From contig NOWV01000011.1 in assembly GCA_003344405.1 (NCBI GenBank), positions 372,001-436,000 of the forward strand: DNA of 64,000 bases, written 5' to 3'. Under the pieces are notes generated by a model that searched no databases, was not told the origin of the DNA, and worked only from the letters and a program-made list of their open reading frames with translations. Positions 11,778-24,471 of the stretch are shown here, one piece after another. Numbering within the stretch: position 1 is the first letter of the stretch; each line of letters begins with the position of its first letter. This DNA is from Trichoplax sp. H2. Taxonomy: Eukaryota. The position numbers and the translations under genes are program-made.

Positions 11778-14487
11778 TCAGTAGAAAAAGGTACGCATAC
11801 GATGACCAGAGGCCTCATATAAGTCATTTGCTTTAGTGATAAACTAAAAGGAAGCAAGCAGGTTATAGATTAAGAAAAATGTAGTGTACCTACATTTAGA
11901 CTAATCCATTGAAAATTACAAAAGATATACAGACACATGCACATTGAATAAATAATAAATAAATACCTCATCACTATTTTTGCAACCTTGCGTAATAGCA
12001 GCTAAGCAAGCCATTAATAAGACGTCGTTGTATTGCTAATTAAAGATAAATTGGTTATTAGTAAAGTGTTTAGTCGAAGCTAGTAATTAATTACCAACAG
12101 CATGTAAATTACTAACGTTTACAGATTCCACAGTAAATTGTTTACTCTTGGCAATGGGTAGTCTCTGGCACATGCTGGAAATGTCGCGCAATATTTCATG
12201 TTTATATGATAGCTTCCCTATTTGTCATTAGAAAAATTCACGTTGAAAAATTAAGGCATATACGTCACTTGAACAATATTTTTATAGATTAACAGTATTA
12301 CCTGCTCTTACAGCCTTGACATAATCCGTCAGCAGTTTAACACGTGTGTGCAACATCTTAATTGCATTATATTGAGCAAGCAAGTTATCAGCAGCTGTAA
12401 TAAAATGAAACAGTTATATCACCAAAACTATTTACAGTTTTAGTCTATTATGTTTGCAGACCAATAAAGTCAATGAAGAAATTTTACCTGAGGAAGTGCT
12501 AGTCGTTTCAGAATATGATGTTTTAGCTATATGATCGACTCCGATTCTCTCCGAGTCTTCAGTAGCTAATGTATACGGTATTTCTAAAAATAAAATTTTA
12601 GCCTAACATTTGTTCAAAAAAGACAACAATTAATTGAAAGGTATAAATTATGTGATTTCAGAGTTTATCATAGGCCTCACATGTTGTTCAGTACCGATAT
12701 AAAATTGGAACAAAAGTGTAAATTGTATGATTACAGTAGTATAAATTTTCTGGTAGTTACTTTCTAACTTATCTCGAAGAATTTAAAATCCGTACAAACC
12801 TGATTATCCACAGCATCGACTACTGTTTCGAAAATTGCCACAGGTAACTAAAACAGTGTATAAATAATATTATAATGCAACATTCTGATATCTACATATA
12901 AGAAAATGATAAAGTTCATCCATTACTTTTAAAGTAATTTTTGAAAATAATTTTCTACGAAAGATAAAGTTAGCCTTACATTGGTAGCATAGTTACAGTT
13001 CGGATTCAACTTTAATAAGAGAGGGCTGTCATAAATTTGGCAAAACTGTTACATCAAATAAAAATAGTATAAAAATTTTTATTTCTTTGGTATATGTTAT
13101 TAATAACGTGCAACGACACGGTGTGACTGGTGACCAATTTATCAATTCATGAGGTGGTAAATGCACAACTATCCAAGTGCTGCATTGCACCATGGTAACA
13201 AGACTACTGTGAATTTACTTGTACAAGATGATAAAGATTAGGATGTAGTACACCACGATAATACTAACTTGTTGGTGAATATTTAAATCTGTCTCATTCG
13301 GCGAACTTCCAATAGTGTACCAACCAATAAACATGAATTCATCAGTTAATTCACGAACTAAAATATAACAATTGATATACCTAATGTCATTTTTTGATAT
13401 TATAACAACGGAATAAAGTAATACAATTGGTTTATATGCTTAATTTATTGTACATATACGCACACTTTTCCTCACGATCCTTGAAATAATCAACGTTCAA
13501 GAACGGCTTGCCGGTATTAAAATTGCAATCCAATTCGTATGAATTACTAATTTCAACTGTGCGCCCTTTTTGAGTACCAATCAAAGCTCCAATAACTATT
13601 TGTAGTAGAAAAAGAAGAATTCATGTTAATCAGGATATGGTACAATAATTGAAGACGTTACACTGTAGTAAATATTATTTTTATGGTAATATCTAGTCTA
13701 GCAGGCAAAATGAATCCAACCCGCATGAGACATTATACGGTACTTTGAAATCGATAAAGTTAATATATAATATTAGATAATCCCAACACTTTCGCATATG
13801 ATTATGCAATACGTAATATCGTAAAGATATCGCTCAGTACAAATCATGTATCTACACCATTATAATAGTTATTGTAGTTCGCTCCATTCAATACGATAAA
13901 TGATTATTGTAATTTTTGAAGAGTGATGATTTATCCTTATATGCCTACGGTACTGTAGGATCTCGTTTAACTTTCAATTAAGGAGCGATCAAAGAAACTA
14001 CAGAATAATGTTCACAGATTAAATTTTCGATCTTATGATGCAGTTGGATGCTGATAGTTATCGTTGCATGCTTGTATACGTTAATCATCACTGGCTAAAA
14101 TGAAAGCAGAAGTTAAATAGGTCATGTTATCATTTTGTCATTGGCAGAGCGACATGCAGTGCAATTGCCAATACGCTGTTCTACAAGACAAAGAACAAGT
14201 TAAGACTAGATCGGAGTTTACTCCGTATGACTTCAACTACATGCACCAATGTAGTTGATTTCAGGTTTTATCGATTGTTTCCATAGCAGAGAAATGACTT
14301 CTAATGTTGACTAACTTTGGCTATCTTCAGAAGATTCTTGCGCTAGAAATCGCATAAAATGATCGCTAATATTCATCACCACAAGAGGATGTAGTAGAAC
14401 TGAGACACTAGGAGAAACCGACGACGGTGCCATAATCTTGCTACTAGGTTCCTCGCCACTATCATCTATCTGCATTTGCATTGCCAT
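11778..14487 (-). CDS. COPS6: COP9 signalosome subunit 6 (MPN- domain), 10 exons, 316 aa
   Basis: Exons: 14487-14316, 13595-13464, 13357-13269, 13045-12980, 12847-12800, 12602-12488, 12394-12302, 12217-12117, 12035-11967, 11843-11778. They sum to 951 nt in one open frame. Motifs [104 protein letters not shown] and C-terminal HRMRTFFY* are CSN6-like. Confidence 0.95.
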
Positions 14488-14679
14488 ACTTGTTGAAAGA
14501 GGAAACCTTCCCAAACTAGCTTCCAAGATCGCTACTCAAGCTTGATTATGGCTTCAATTTTCAACCTTTGCTTACTAGCTTCAAAGTTTTCTTTAGCTTT
14601 AGGGTTAGCTCTACAGTAGGGGAGGCCAAGTTTGGAGTCTTGTCGTGATCATAGGAAGAACATTAAAGCGAAGGAATAG

Positions 14680-15290
14680 TTACAGTATCTACAGTACAGT
14701 ACATGTACTGTAGACTGTATACTGTATACTGTACTGGGGTGTCCGGAAAGTCTGGACACATCATATTTTAGTTCTGTATGAAAGATGTGTCCAGACATTA
14801 TTTCCAAATTTTGCATGCAGTAAGATCATGTTCTGGAGATTTTAATATCGCAAACAGCAATGTTCTAAGATGTTCAGAAGTCTATTACAGTACAGTTAAA
14901 AGTAACTGCTAAGATCATGGACTACTTTAGTTGCCATGATCTGGTCAAGAACTGCTAAAGAGAAAACATGGAGGGAGTACATCACGGTTAGTGTATATGG
15001 ATTCTAAAACTGAGCGATGACTGACTACGGGCATTAGGACGAAGCAAATGTATAAACTGTAGAGTATTGTATGCGTACTAGACCTGTGAGGTAAACTCTG
15101 TTTTGTGGCTTATTCCTTCGGCCTTAATGGATGCGTTTCTTGTATCGGAACAAGACTGAAGATTATTTTGACTTGTGCAAGCTGTACTGTAGAGTACTGT
15201 ATGGGTACTAGGCCTGTGAAGTAGTGTAAACCCTTATTTCTTTGCTTACTGTCCTGTACAGTACTGGACATACTGTACAGTATAGTACAG
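14680..15290. repeat. Third TACAGTA/TACTGTA cluster upstream of COPS6, with a short direct repeat
   Basis: tacagtatctacagtacagtacatgtactgtagactgtatactgtatactgtactg (14681-14736) contains the perfect 18-bp palindrome tacagtacatgtactgta (14695-14712). More copies at 14886-14896 and 15183-15290. An ~35-bp imperfect direct repeat, tgtagagtaytgtatgsgtactagrcctgtgarg, occurs at ~15058 and ~15188. Confidence 0.75.
14732..14796. mobile_element. Possible MITE or DNA-transposon terminal remnant
   Basis: Starts TA-CTGGGGTGTCCGGAAAGTCTGGACAC, resembling Tc1/mariner-type ends (TA-CAGGGTGTCC...). Perfect 13-bp inverted repeat gtctggacacatc (14750-14762) / gatgtgtccagac (14784-14796). No transposase or complete second end is visible. 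Confidence 0.4.
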
Positions 15291-18200
15291 GACTAGAGTT
15301 CAAAATAGGAAATTGCACAGATTGTCAAAGTGATTATGCCAACTCCAGAGAGTACGAGACCTATGCTTGCATTCATTCACGACTCCATTCGCTAAGATTG
15401 AAATAGAAGGCTCAACATAACTATAGTGGAAAATTATACTACACAGTATATGTAGAAACTCGCAAGAATCACCTAGAATTCAATAACTTCATAATCATAA
15501 ACAACATCATTTTAGTACTGTAATCTCACATATTCTAATACTATATATTATAGTATTGTAAGTAAATCGTTCTTAGAAATATTCCATTTGAAAGTGAAGT
15601 GGACAGTGATGGAGTATACTACCAGTATTTCACTCCTACATACAGTAGAGGTCGAGTTATAAATTAAAGTTTGAAAGGTATGCTTTTCCCAATTTTGCAA
15701 CAGAATGTCGCAGTCACAGCAAATTTATATTTCGGATACGATGATATGTATTCCTGTTCGTATTAATAGACAAAAAAGGGGAAAGGGTATACTACCTCTC
15801 TCGATATATCTTCAATATGCCTTAAATGATCCGCTAACGTAGTATTCGATCGGTTAATCCTTTATGGTGTATAGTATACTGTTCGTTACAATTCTGCAAG
15901 GCGAATTAGAGGAGTATATCGTTATAATCTCGCCAGAATAAGCCATTAACTCGTAGCTAAACACGGTCCTCTTTACTGTATTGGACGATAATTGATATCA
16001 ACACTAGAACTATAGTAGGTGCACATCAAATAGAATAAATGATATACTGTAGTGATCTATTAATCGCTCGAGCAACGACTGAATACACAACTTGTAATCA
16101 TGTTACCTTATTCTATTGCTCATGCACTAGTGATATACTCCTATCTAGGAAGCTTCCTCTAAAATACATTAACTCAATCTCTACTCCAGTTGATTATTCC
16201 CGAAATGACTAACGATTAATTTTGTCTTTCTTCTTACAATCAACTAAGAGACGAATCGGAAAAGATGATGTATTCCGTAGGACTACTGCAAATACTAAGT
16301 AGGGTATTACGTAATTCGGAAGCAATTCATGGAGTTGCTAATTAAAATAACTCCTACTACTGTTGGTACAGTTCTAATACAATGTTTTATACCATATAGC
16401 AAATAATTCAACTAATCACAAGTCCTAGAACTATTGAACTTAAATAGGTATATATCATATAGTATTCGCTTTTTTTTTCTTTGTGACGCTCCTTTCCATT
16501 TGTGATGACTAATGTCGGGTAATGAAATAATATCAGAATTTAATAATAACACAATATAATCCACAGTAAGACCCATTTTATCCTTAACATACGCGTATAT
16601 ATACGGCATACCGCATTGCATACTAGCCAATAAGCCCATCTATCGTGGCAATCGAAATATAATAGAGTTTTTATTGTGCTGCATTGCCAGTACATTTATA
16701 ACATTTTCAACATATCCAATACTATACTACATTTTATTTCAAGCTGCCTACGAAAACCACTGTAATAATTAAAGTAGCACAAACATTTTCTCATGAGGTG
16801 AAAGATATATACGCGTATACAAGATTTGCAGAAAAGAAGCGAATTCTTCTTCTACTAATTGATCTTAGAGAACAATGAACGGTAATACTTACTGATTAAC
16901 CTTTTGAACCTACTTTTGGGAATCTTTCGCTAGCGTTGCAAGCAGTAACTTCGCTATTGCTGCAATACAGTGCATCAGAATAAGATACACTATCTGGATA
17001 TAATCGCAATTCCGGTGTCGACAATGTATCAACTTATTTAGAGAATGATGTTACCATGTTTAATTTTTGTTTTCCAATAGCTTTCATAATTATAATAAAT
17101 AATCAACAAAAACATTTCATAAAGCCCTATTATATAATGTTTTAGCGCCGGAGTCCATTAACCGACACATGGTAGAATAGCGACTTAGCGTATAAATATA
17201 TATCTTAATTAAAGTTTATAACGTTATCAGTTAAAATGAGATGTGTCTCTAATAAACGTTACCTTATTCTAATAAAGGCCTTTCTAATCATATTATTACG
17301 CAATAGTGAACTTTCAATTGTATGCTATGTTTCGTAATAGTAGAATTTACATCTGACTCAAATTTAGGATATAAATACCAATCAGCACTAGTATTTTAAA
17401 AATATTTAGTTATAGCGTTTTTATATTCCTATAAATAGATAATGAGTAATTTTTCACTTTAATGAACATGAATAGGTATGGGACACCCACCACCATATTA
17501 TTATAGGTATTTTAATTTCATCATTATTTTTATTTATCATAATAGTTATTTAAAGAACAGGAAACAACCTATCAAAATTAGCCTGGTTGCTCAGTCAGTC
17601 GAATAATACCAAACAGGACAAGAAGAATATTCGAATAATTGTAAATACTCCATGTTAGATTTAGTAGACATAATCCATTACAAGTATTTCATTAATAAAT
17701 GTACACGATAGGCGATAGCCTTACTCTTTCTTACGCATACATAAACGAGGCATCATATGTTACTACTACATGAAATTATCTTGATAAAATCATAATGATT
17801 TTTTAACTTAAATTGAGTTGTTAGATAGCAATTATTGATATTTACCGGCATCGGCTATTTTGTAATAGTTAATTAATTTCGGTCTATTGGAAAGCAATAG
17901 AATAGAATTAGTGAATCTTTAGCCTAATGAAAGATAACAACTAGACGAATCGCTCCAACAAACGAATACGCAACGATATAATACATAGATTGTTCCGTCC
18001 ATTAAGTGAACAAGTAACGTAATATCTTTAGCAGACCGATTTGATCGCTTGAAGTATAGAATTGTCTAAAATGGCTTAGAATACCTATAGTAGAGGCTAG
18101 TTTGAATCACTAAAGCGAAAAATTGTACTTAGATAACTAGGCTTTTAAATCATTTAATGATAGAATTTCTTAAGTTTAAAAGTCTATGCAGCATCCGATA

Positions 18201-21200
18201 TAACATGCATTGCTGTAGTCTATAGTACTCTTAAAATTAACTTATAGGATCATGTTGGATATTTAATAATAAATGAAATGAAAATGCCGTATCATTGAAA
18301 TGATTTAATTATTCAAAAAAATCATTCATGTTCTACTTAAGTCTATGTATATGACTTTTATATTATTAAAATTATAATTATCTCCACTTAAAGGCTACCA
18401 GTATGTTTAATTACGAAGTAAATACTTAGCATTGTCTTTACTACAGTTTTTAGCTTTAACAACTACGAAATTATCATGTTCAAACTTAATTTAGATCTTA
18501 AAATAGGTATTAAAAGTGCGTTGTGTATTTCTAGCGAGATTTTCATAACACTTATAACGAATTCTTAGGCAGATGAAGATAATTCATTTATGGAAGTTAT
18601 CGTGTCACATTGAAATATTACTGTACCGAACTCGAAATGCCTAGCAGTTCTATCTTGTTAATCATATAGATCCACAAATAACAAGCAAATCACTCGTAAT
18701 TAAATGTTTTCTTGGATTATCTACAGGAATATTCACTTTTTTATTTTATTAAACTCATACGGTTTACTGTGGTGTAGACTTGAAGATTTACTGTTAAAGT
18801 CACAAGACTTTTACAAGTTATTGTGTCAACATAGCTCCCGTATCAATTTAAAAAAAATTCATCATACAAGTAACTTAATAATTTAAATATAGTACTATAT
18901 GCAATAGTCAATTTATTGGTTATTCACTGAACTTCAGAATGATTCAACAGAAATAGAACAAAAAATAATTACTCGCACCATTGCGACAGCAATTTGATCT
19001 ACTGTTACTAAGTATGTAACACAGTACATCAATTGTACGACGTTGACAGTTATATAAATATAGATGCTATTGAATAAAGTAGACTAGAGTAGCACGTAAA
19101 ATTATTGAAATATTATTGTTACCTAGTAAGCTAATAACTACTAAAAGATTTTAATTTATCTATTTCAAGATTCGAACACAAGGTAAGAAAAGTTAATTGT
19201 TACTATTTGTCAACAGAAATCAAATTTGACTATATCCGCCAACCGCCAACGCTAAACATCTGCTAGCATACTTTACATTACTTTTATTTGCGAATTTGGA
19301 CTTGTCAATATAAGCTATTTTGAAATCATATTTCATTGATAGCAACTAGCCAAAATATTAAATAATTAACTCCCTTTTCTGCCTTTATTTAGCATATTAT
19401 AAAATAGATTAGAAAATCTGTATTGAATTGCAAATGGATATAAATGGGAGGGTACTAGTTAAAGGAAGCTAGATGATAAATACCCTCACATACAATTGCT
19501 CTTAGGGGATGCTCTATAAATTCAATAAGTGCAATTGATAATGTTATTCAATCAAAATTGATCATCGAAATTCCATCATATTTATATTAGTCCTACATTT
19601 AGAATAGAATTGATCCACTCTTCCTACCAATATTTTTTTAATTATATAGCACCTCGACGGAAAAATTACAGTAGAGTAAAATTGTAGGTGACAGTTTGAA
19701 AGCATTTGTAGTCAAAGAGGATAACCTCTAAGTTTACAGCAATTTCAAGAAGGTTTTCGGCGCATACTATACTTAGAGTATGTTGCCATCGTGCGATAAA
19801 GTGAAGAAACATTCGAGAAATTTTAAAATATCTTACTTTGATATATATTTAAGTAATAAATTGATACAGTTAGATTTTTTATGTTGTAGCAAATGATTTA
19901 GCATGTGACATCGCATTAATAAAAAGTATTATTTATAATAGGGTATATAAATTTGTCGTAACTTTTACTTATATCAAGGCAATTAATCTACGCAATAAAA
20001 ATATAACGCTATCAAAATCTGTTTCCTTCACTATTTTCAAGTCACTTGATTAATTATACATACATATACCTTATGTTGATCTATACGAGTACGCAATAAT
20101 GATGTTTTTTTAATCTCTTCTTTACTTAACGTTCGTACATACTAGAAAACTACACAAGGCTTCTAGTTGTTTGTAATATCAGGTTGACATAAATTGAATA
20201 TTAATACGATATCACATTTTCATTTCCTTCCCTTCTTATTCTATCTTTTAATCATTATTAACTTTTTCTGCTATGAACGGTATAAGATGATCGTCAATAT
20301 CAATCAAAATGCATGCATATAACTGTTATTCGAATCACGTTTTATTCATTCATTCTATATGTAATAAAATTTCAAGTTTGATATGACGTGTTGGTATTTC
20401 TCCTAGAACAAAAAAAAATACTTTGAAAGACAAAATGAATATAATTTTGATAGAATATATTTTAAGCTACTAACGACATTCCACCTTTTATTTATTGCAC
20501 GATACAGTTAAGATGTAGAGATGTCATTGTTGTTGTTAACATTAAAAATTTCATACTTTCTGATATGCTCTAACAACACATCGATCAATAATATTGACGA
20601 TATTTCTAAAATAAAATATCATTATAGACCGGAACACGTAAAGAATAGTATATATTCAACAAAGATCAAAATTCCTCTACTAGATATTCAATACTTTTAA
20701 GTTGACAACATATTGAATTTACCAGAGCAATATCATTGAAAACGATGGCATGATGTATTAATGAATAATGGTAAATGTTAGCATTATTAAAATCTGTTTG
20801 TTCAATTGCAAATGGAGATTTTATCCTTGTACGATAGTGATTTTAAATTTTAGTCTATTTTTAATGCTAGTAATCGATCATCGAAAAAGTAATATCATTC
20901 TTCTATTTTGTCCATAGGTTATTCCATATTATTTGGTTATTTTTTAGTAGTTATGATGGAGGTGCATTTGTTAATACTGCACAAGTACTAAACGTACAGT
21001 AGTTAGTATTATAGCCTAGATATACAAGTACCACCAAGATTGAATTTCGGTATTGATCGATTTACTTACTAAAATGTAAAGAAAGAGAGTATTGAAATTG
21101 ATTGTGTATTGATATAGTATCGTCTACTCTATCCTTTTACTTTTCAATGAAAAATATACAATACCTTGATGGCTATTTTATTGGACTAAAATTAGACAAC

Positions 21201-21479
21201 ATAACGACTACAACAATACATTGAGTACTATGGCCATTAAGCATCATTTATTATTTCGTATTAGCTCGATTTTATATTTAGATCAGATGAATTGAAGTGA
21301 AAATAATATTAATAATCCTCCCATAATTAATTGAACTTTCACCACACCTCCTTCCATCGCGTCTGATTCAAGGCCATCATTTTCTATGCATTCATTTACT
21401 TTTATAATATAATTTTTATTGTATTCCTTTTATTCTCTACTTCCATCAACTGTCTCCATCACCATACAATCTGATTTAA

Positions 21480-23226
21480 AAGAGGCGGGGAAGGGAATGC
21501 ATGTCAATGGAGGATATTCGAATATTTTTCTATATGATGCATTACTCAGTGTATACATATACTACTATTGCATGAAATTATTCAGACGTTACTGATTAAT
21601 GTTAATTTTTTTTTCATTCAATCATTCAACTAGTCTAGTTGCTATTGATCAATTTGTACACTTTCCTTCTTATTATTTATGACGATTTCTTCTAGTGTAC
21701 CATACATATTCGAGCCTAGCACTTGTATCTAGTTCATTGAAAGATATCGAGAGATAAAAATAACGTTGATTCATTTCTAACTTTTCACATGGATCTATAC
21801 CTACCATAAAAACTTATTTCAATCATAACCAAAAAATTTATCACGCTATCGGAATAGTTCGGAACAAGTATATTGATAAGAAGGTAAAAAAAACTTAAAT
21901 CTTCTGTTAAATTTTTCACAAGGCCATTTATCAATTCGTTGACTTAATATTTAGCAATCAATACTTCCTTTTCACTCCTTGTAGTGGAACTTCATTCATT
22001 CAACTTGGCAATTTAGTCTATGACCATTTCGTTAATACCTAGTAGATACCCATTTTTGTAACTTCTATTTCATTTACAAAATTGCGTCAATAGATCGGCA
22101 GCAAAATCGGTACGATTTAGGCACTTGATGTACCAGAGCAAGGCGAGAAATTAAAATTAATTCATAAAAGGTACCTTTTAGAATTTCTTTGAGATACTAG
22201 CAAGTAAAAATAACTGATTAATCATAAAGCTACTTCACTCATTATAGGCCATAAGGATTTTTCTTTCTTTCAAGATTTACTGTCCTGGCGGTTGGTGCTG
22301 AATAGCGCCACAATTTTGTGATAGAATACTAATCCTAATCAATTATATTTATCCTATCCATTCAATTTTGCTTCGAGTGGGGCGACTTCTTCGATTAGCA
22401 AGCATTTTTGAGGCTTGTGATTTAAATCTAAAAGGTAAGAAAATTTATCATAATGTCGTAATAGGTTGAAATTGAAATTGAGAATTTTATTTGAATCTTC
22501 TCTTTCCTAGTATTTTTAATTTTAACTTTGCCAAGCGTGCTAGTTTTTTTTACTGAATGCTTTCGAGTACGGCTTACTTTTATTATTAATGGCCGATTCA
22601 AAAATTTTTATATGCCTTAGTAAAGTATTGTATGTCATATATGATAAATTATAGCAGCTGAACTACTAGTAATGTGTTGTGTATATTGTAAAATTAGGAC
22701 AGTCTTTATTCATACAATTTACGTGTATGAGTCTGTAATAAATTGCATTGTATGTATATCTTATACATCGTCAGCCTATTTAGTTTCATATTGACATACA
22801 TGGTTTATACGCATATCTTATTTATTAGCCGTACCTAGGAAATGCTTACAAAATTTTTTCTTATTTCTCTTCTATAAAGAAATCTAATCGATTATTGATC
22901 AAGAATATAAAACAGCATTTGAAACAGAGAGTTTAAGAAACACAGAATATTGAAATAGAATATAAACTTTGTAATAAGAAAAGAGGATCAACGACAATAG
23001 TTTAATTGAAAGTATTGAAGGAAAAGCGACAGTGAATTTCACACATCTCAAGTCAGTAATTGTAAACGAAAAGAGAACAGTAGCAAAGCAATTGATCGTC
23101 GATATCGTCGTTCTATCCTCTCTGATAAGTACTCTCAATTTATTGGTTCTTTCACGAATAAAAAGCTAAAAAAACGACGATAATATTATCATCTATTTTT
23201 TGGCCGGCTATTAATTTCATCATAAC
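21480..23226 (+). promoter_or_regulatory. Putative promoter and spliced 5' UTR of TENT5/FAM46
   Basis: GC-box-like gaggcggggaag (~21482) and Inr-like tcagt (~21546). Strong donors aag|gtaaaa (~21883) and aag|gtaaga (~22434). Polypyrimidine acceptor ending ~22879, followed by ~347 nt with no ATG before the CDS start. Confidence 0.4.
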
Positions 23227-24471
23227 ATGCCTGAAAGTCATAATCAACATTTACAAACGCTAAATTATGGCCAAGTTGGTAAATTGGTTGAACTATTAGA
23301 GACATGTGTTGAAATTCATGGTTACGGTAACTTACCTACTTTACAAATCCCATTAAAAGAATTATTGCGAAAAGTTAGAAATAACTTAAGAAAAGATAAT
23401 GTTAATGTGCGAAATATACGTTTAAATGGCGGTACAGCTAGTTATATCTTAAATCAACATCACTATTATAAAAACAACTCTCAGTATCAACATCATCACC
23501 AACAGCAACAACTACGACCTGCTATTAAACCTCATTACAACGACATTGATTTAGTCTTCAACGTGGATATGAGCGATGACAGCCAAGCACAAGTTATCTT
23601 AACTACAGTATTGAGAACTTTACTTGAATATCTACCGGATTCAATAGTTCGAAATGGTTTCCAGTATTACATGCTGAAAAAAGCATATCTGATTAAATTA
23701 GTCAAAGTTTTCAATGGTGCTAATCGTTGGTCATTGATATCGTTTCGTAATTATTACGGTCGAAATGTTGAATTTAAATTTGTAGATACCATAGAACGTC
23801 AGTTTCAATTTTCGGTCGACTCATTTCAAATTTTATTAGATTCTATCCTTTCCTTATATGATTACAAATTAACATTAATTGATAGCCAATATATGAGTAG
23901 TAATTTTTATCCAACAGTTATAGCCGAGTGCTTATACGGCGATTTTGATCTTGCTACTGAACATTTACATAAGAAAATTATCGCCACAAAAAAGCCTGAA
24001 GAGATACGCGGTGGCGGTTTATTAAAATATTGTTCTCTATTATTACAAGGCTACAAGCCAGAATCAGAATTACAAATGGGCGCTATGGCACGTTATATGT
24101 GTAGTCGATTTTTTATCGATTTTACGCGCCTTGAACAACAAGAAGAACGTTTAGTAAGTTATTTAGATTGCCACTTTCATAATGATTATCCTATCAAGTA
24201 TAAGTACTTATTAATCTTGAAGAGCGTTATTAAACGCAATACCGTCTGCTTAATGGATTTAGAAAGGCGACAAACTCTACGTTTAATCAACAAATTAATC
24301 TATCATTACAATCCAAGGAAACATGAAGTTTGTTTAATAGCTCAACAACAGCAGCAATGCCATCCATCTTTAATGCCGTTTCGCTATCCAACCCACCTTA
24401 CTAGTCATCCGTTATTATCACAAAGTTCCTATCCGCATCAATATTATCAACAGCAGCAACATTACCCATGA
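23227..24471 (+). CDS. TENT5: Terminal nucleotidyltransferase 5 / FAM46 non-canonical poly(A) polymerase, 414 aa, single coding exon
   Basis: Motifs IHGYGNLPTL, IRLNGGTASYIL, YNDIDLVF (DxD), RWSLISF, RNVEFKFVDTIERQFQFSVDSFQILLD, IIATKKPEEIRGGGLLKYC, RYMCSRFFIDF and TVCLMDLERRQTL are diagnostic of FAM46/TENT5. AATAAA follows the stop at ~24495 and ~24504. Confidence 0.96.
   Translation: MPESHNQHLQTLNYGQVGKLVELLETCVEIHGYGNLPTLQIPLKELLRKVRNNLRKDNVNVRNIRLNGGTASYILNQHHYYKNNSQYQHHHQQQQLRPAIKPHYNDIDLVFNVDMSDDSQAQVILTTVLRTLLEYLPDSIVRNGFQYYMLKKAYLIKLVKVFNGANRWSLISFRNYYGRNVEFKFVDTIERQFQFSVDSFQILLDSILSLYDYKLTLIDSQYMSSNFYPTVIAECLYGDFDLATEHLHKKIIATKKPEEIRGGGLLKYCSLLLQGYKPESELQMGAMARYMCSRFFIDFTRLEQQEERLVSYLDCHFHNDYPIKYKYLLILKSVIKRNTVCLMDLERRQTLRLINKLIYHYNPRKHEVCLIAQQQQQCHPSLMPFRYPTHLTSHPLLSQSSYPHQYYQQQQHYP

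Noticed and set aside
13085-13215. Relatively GC-rich patch in COPS6 intron 3 as a possible snoRNA
   Set aside because: No clear C/D or H/ACA box arrangement was found by eye; an Infernal search would be needed.
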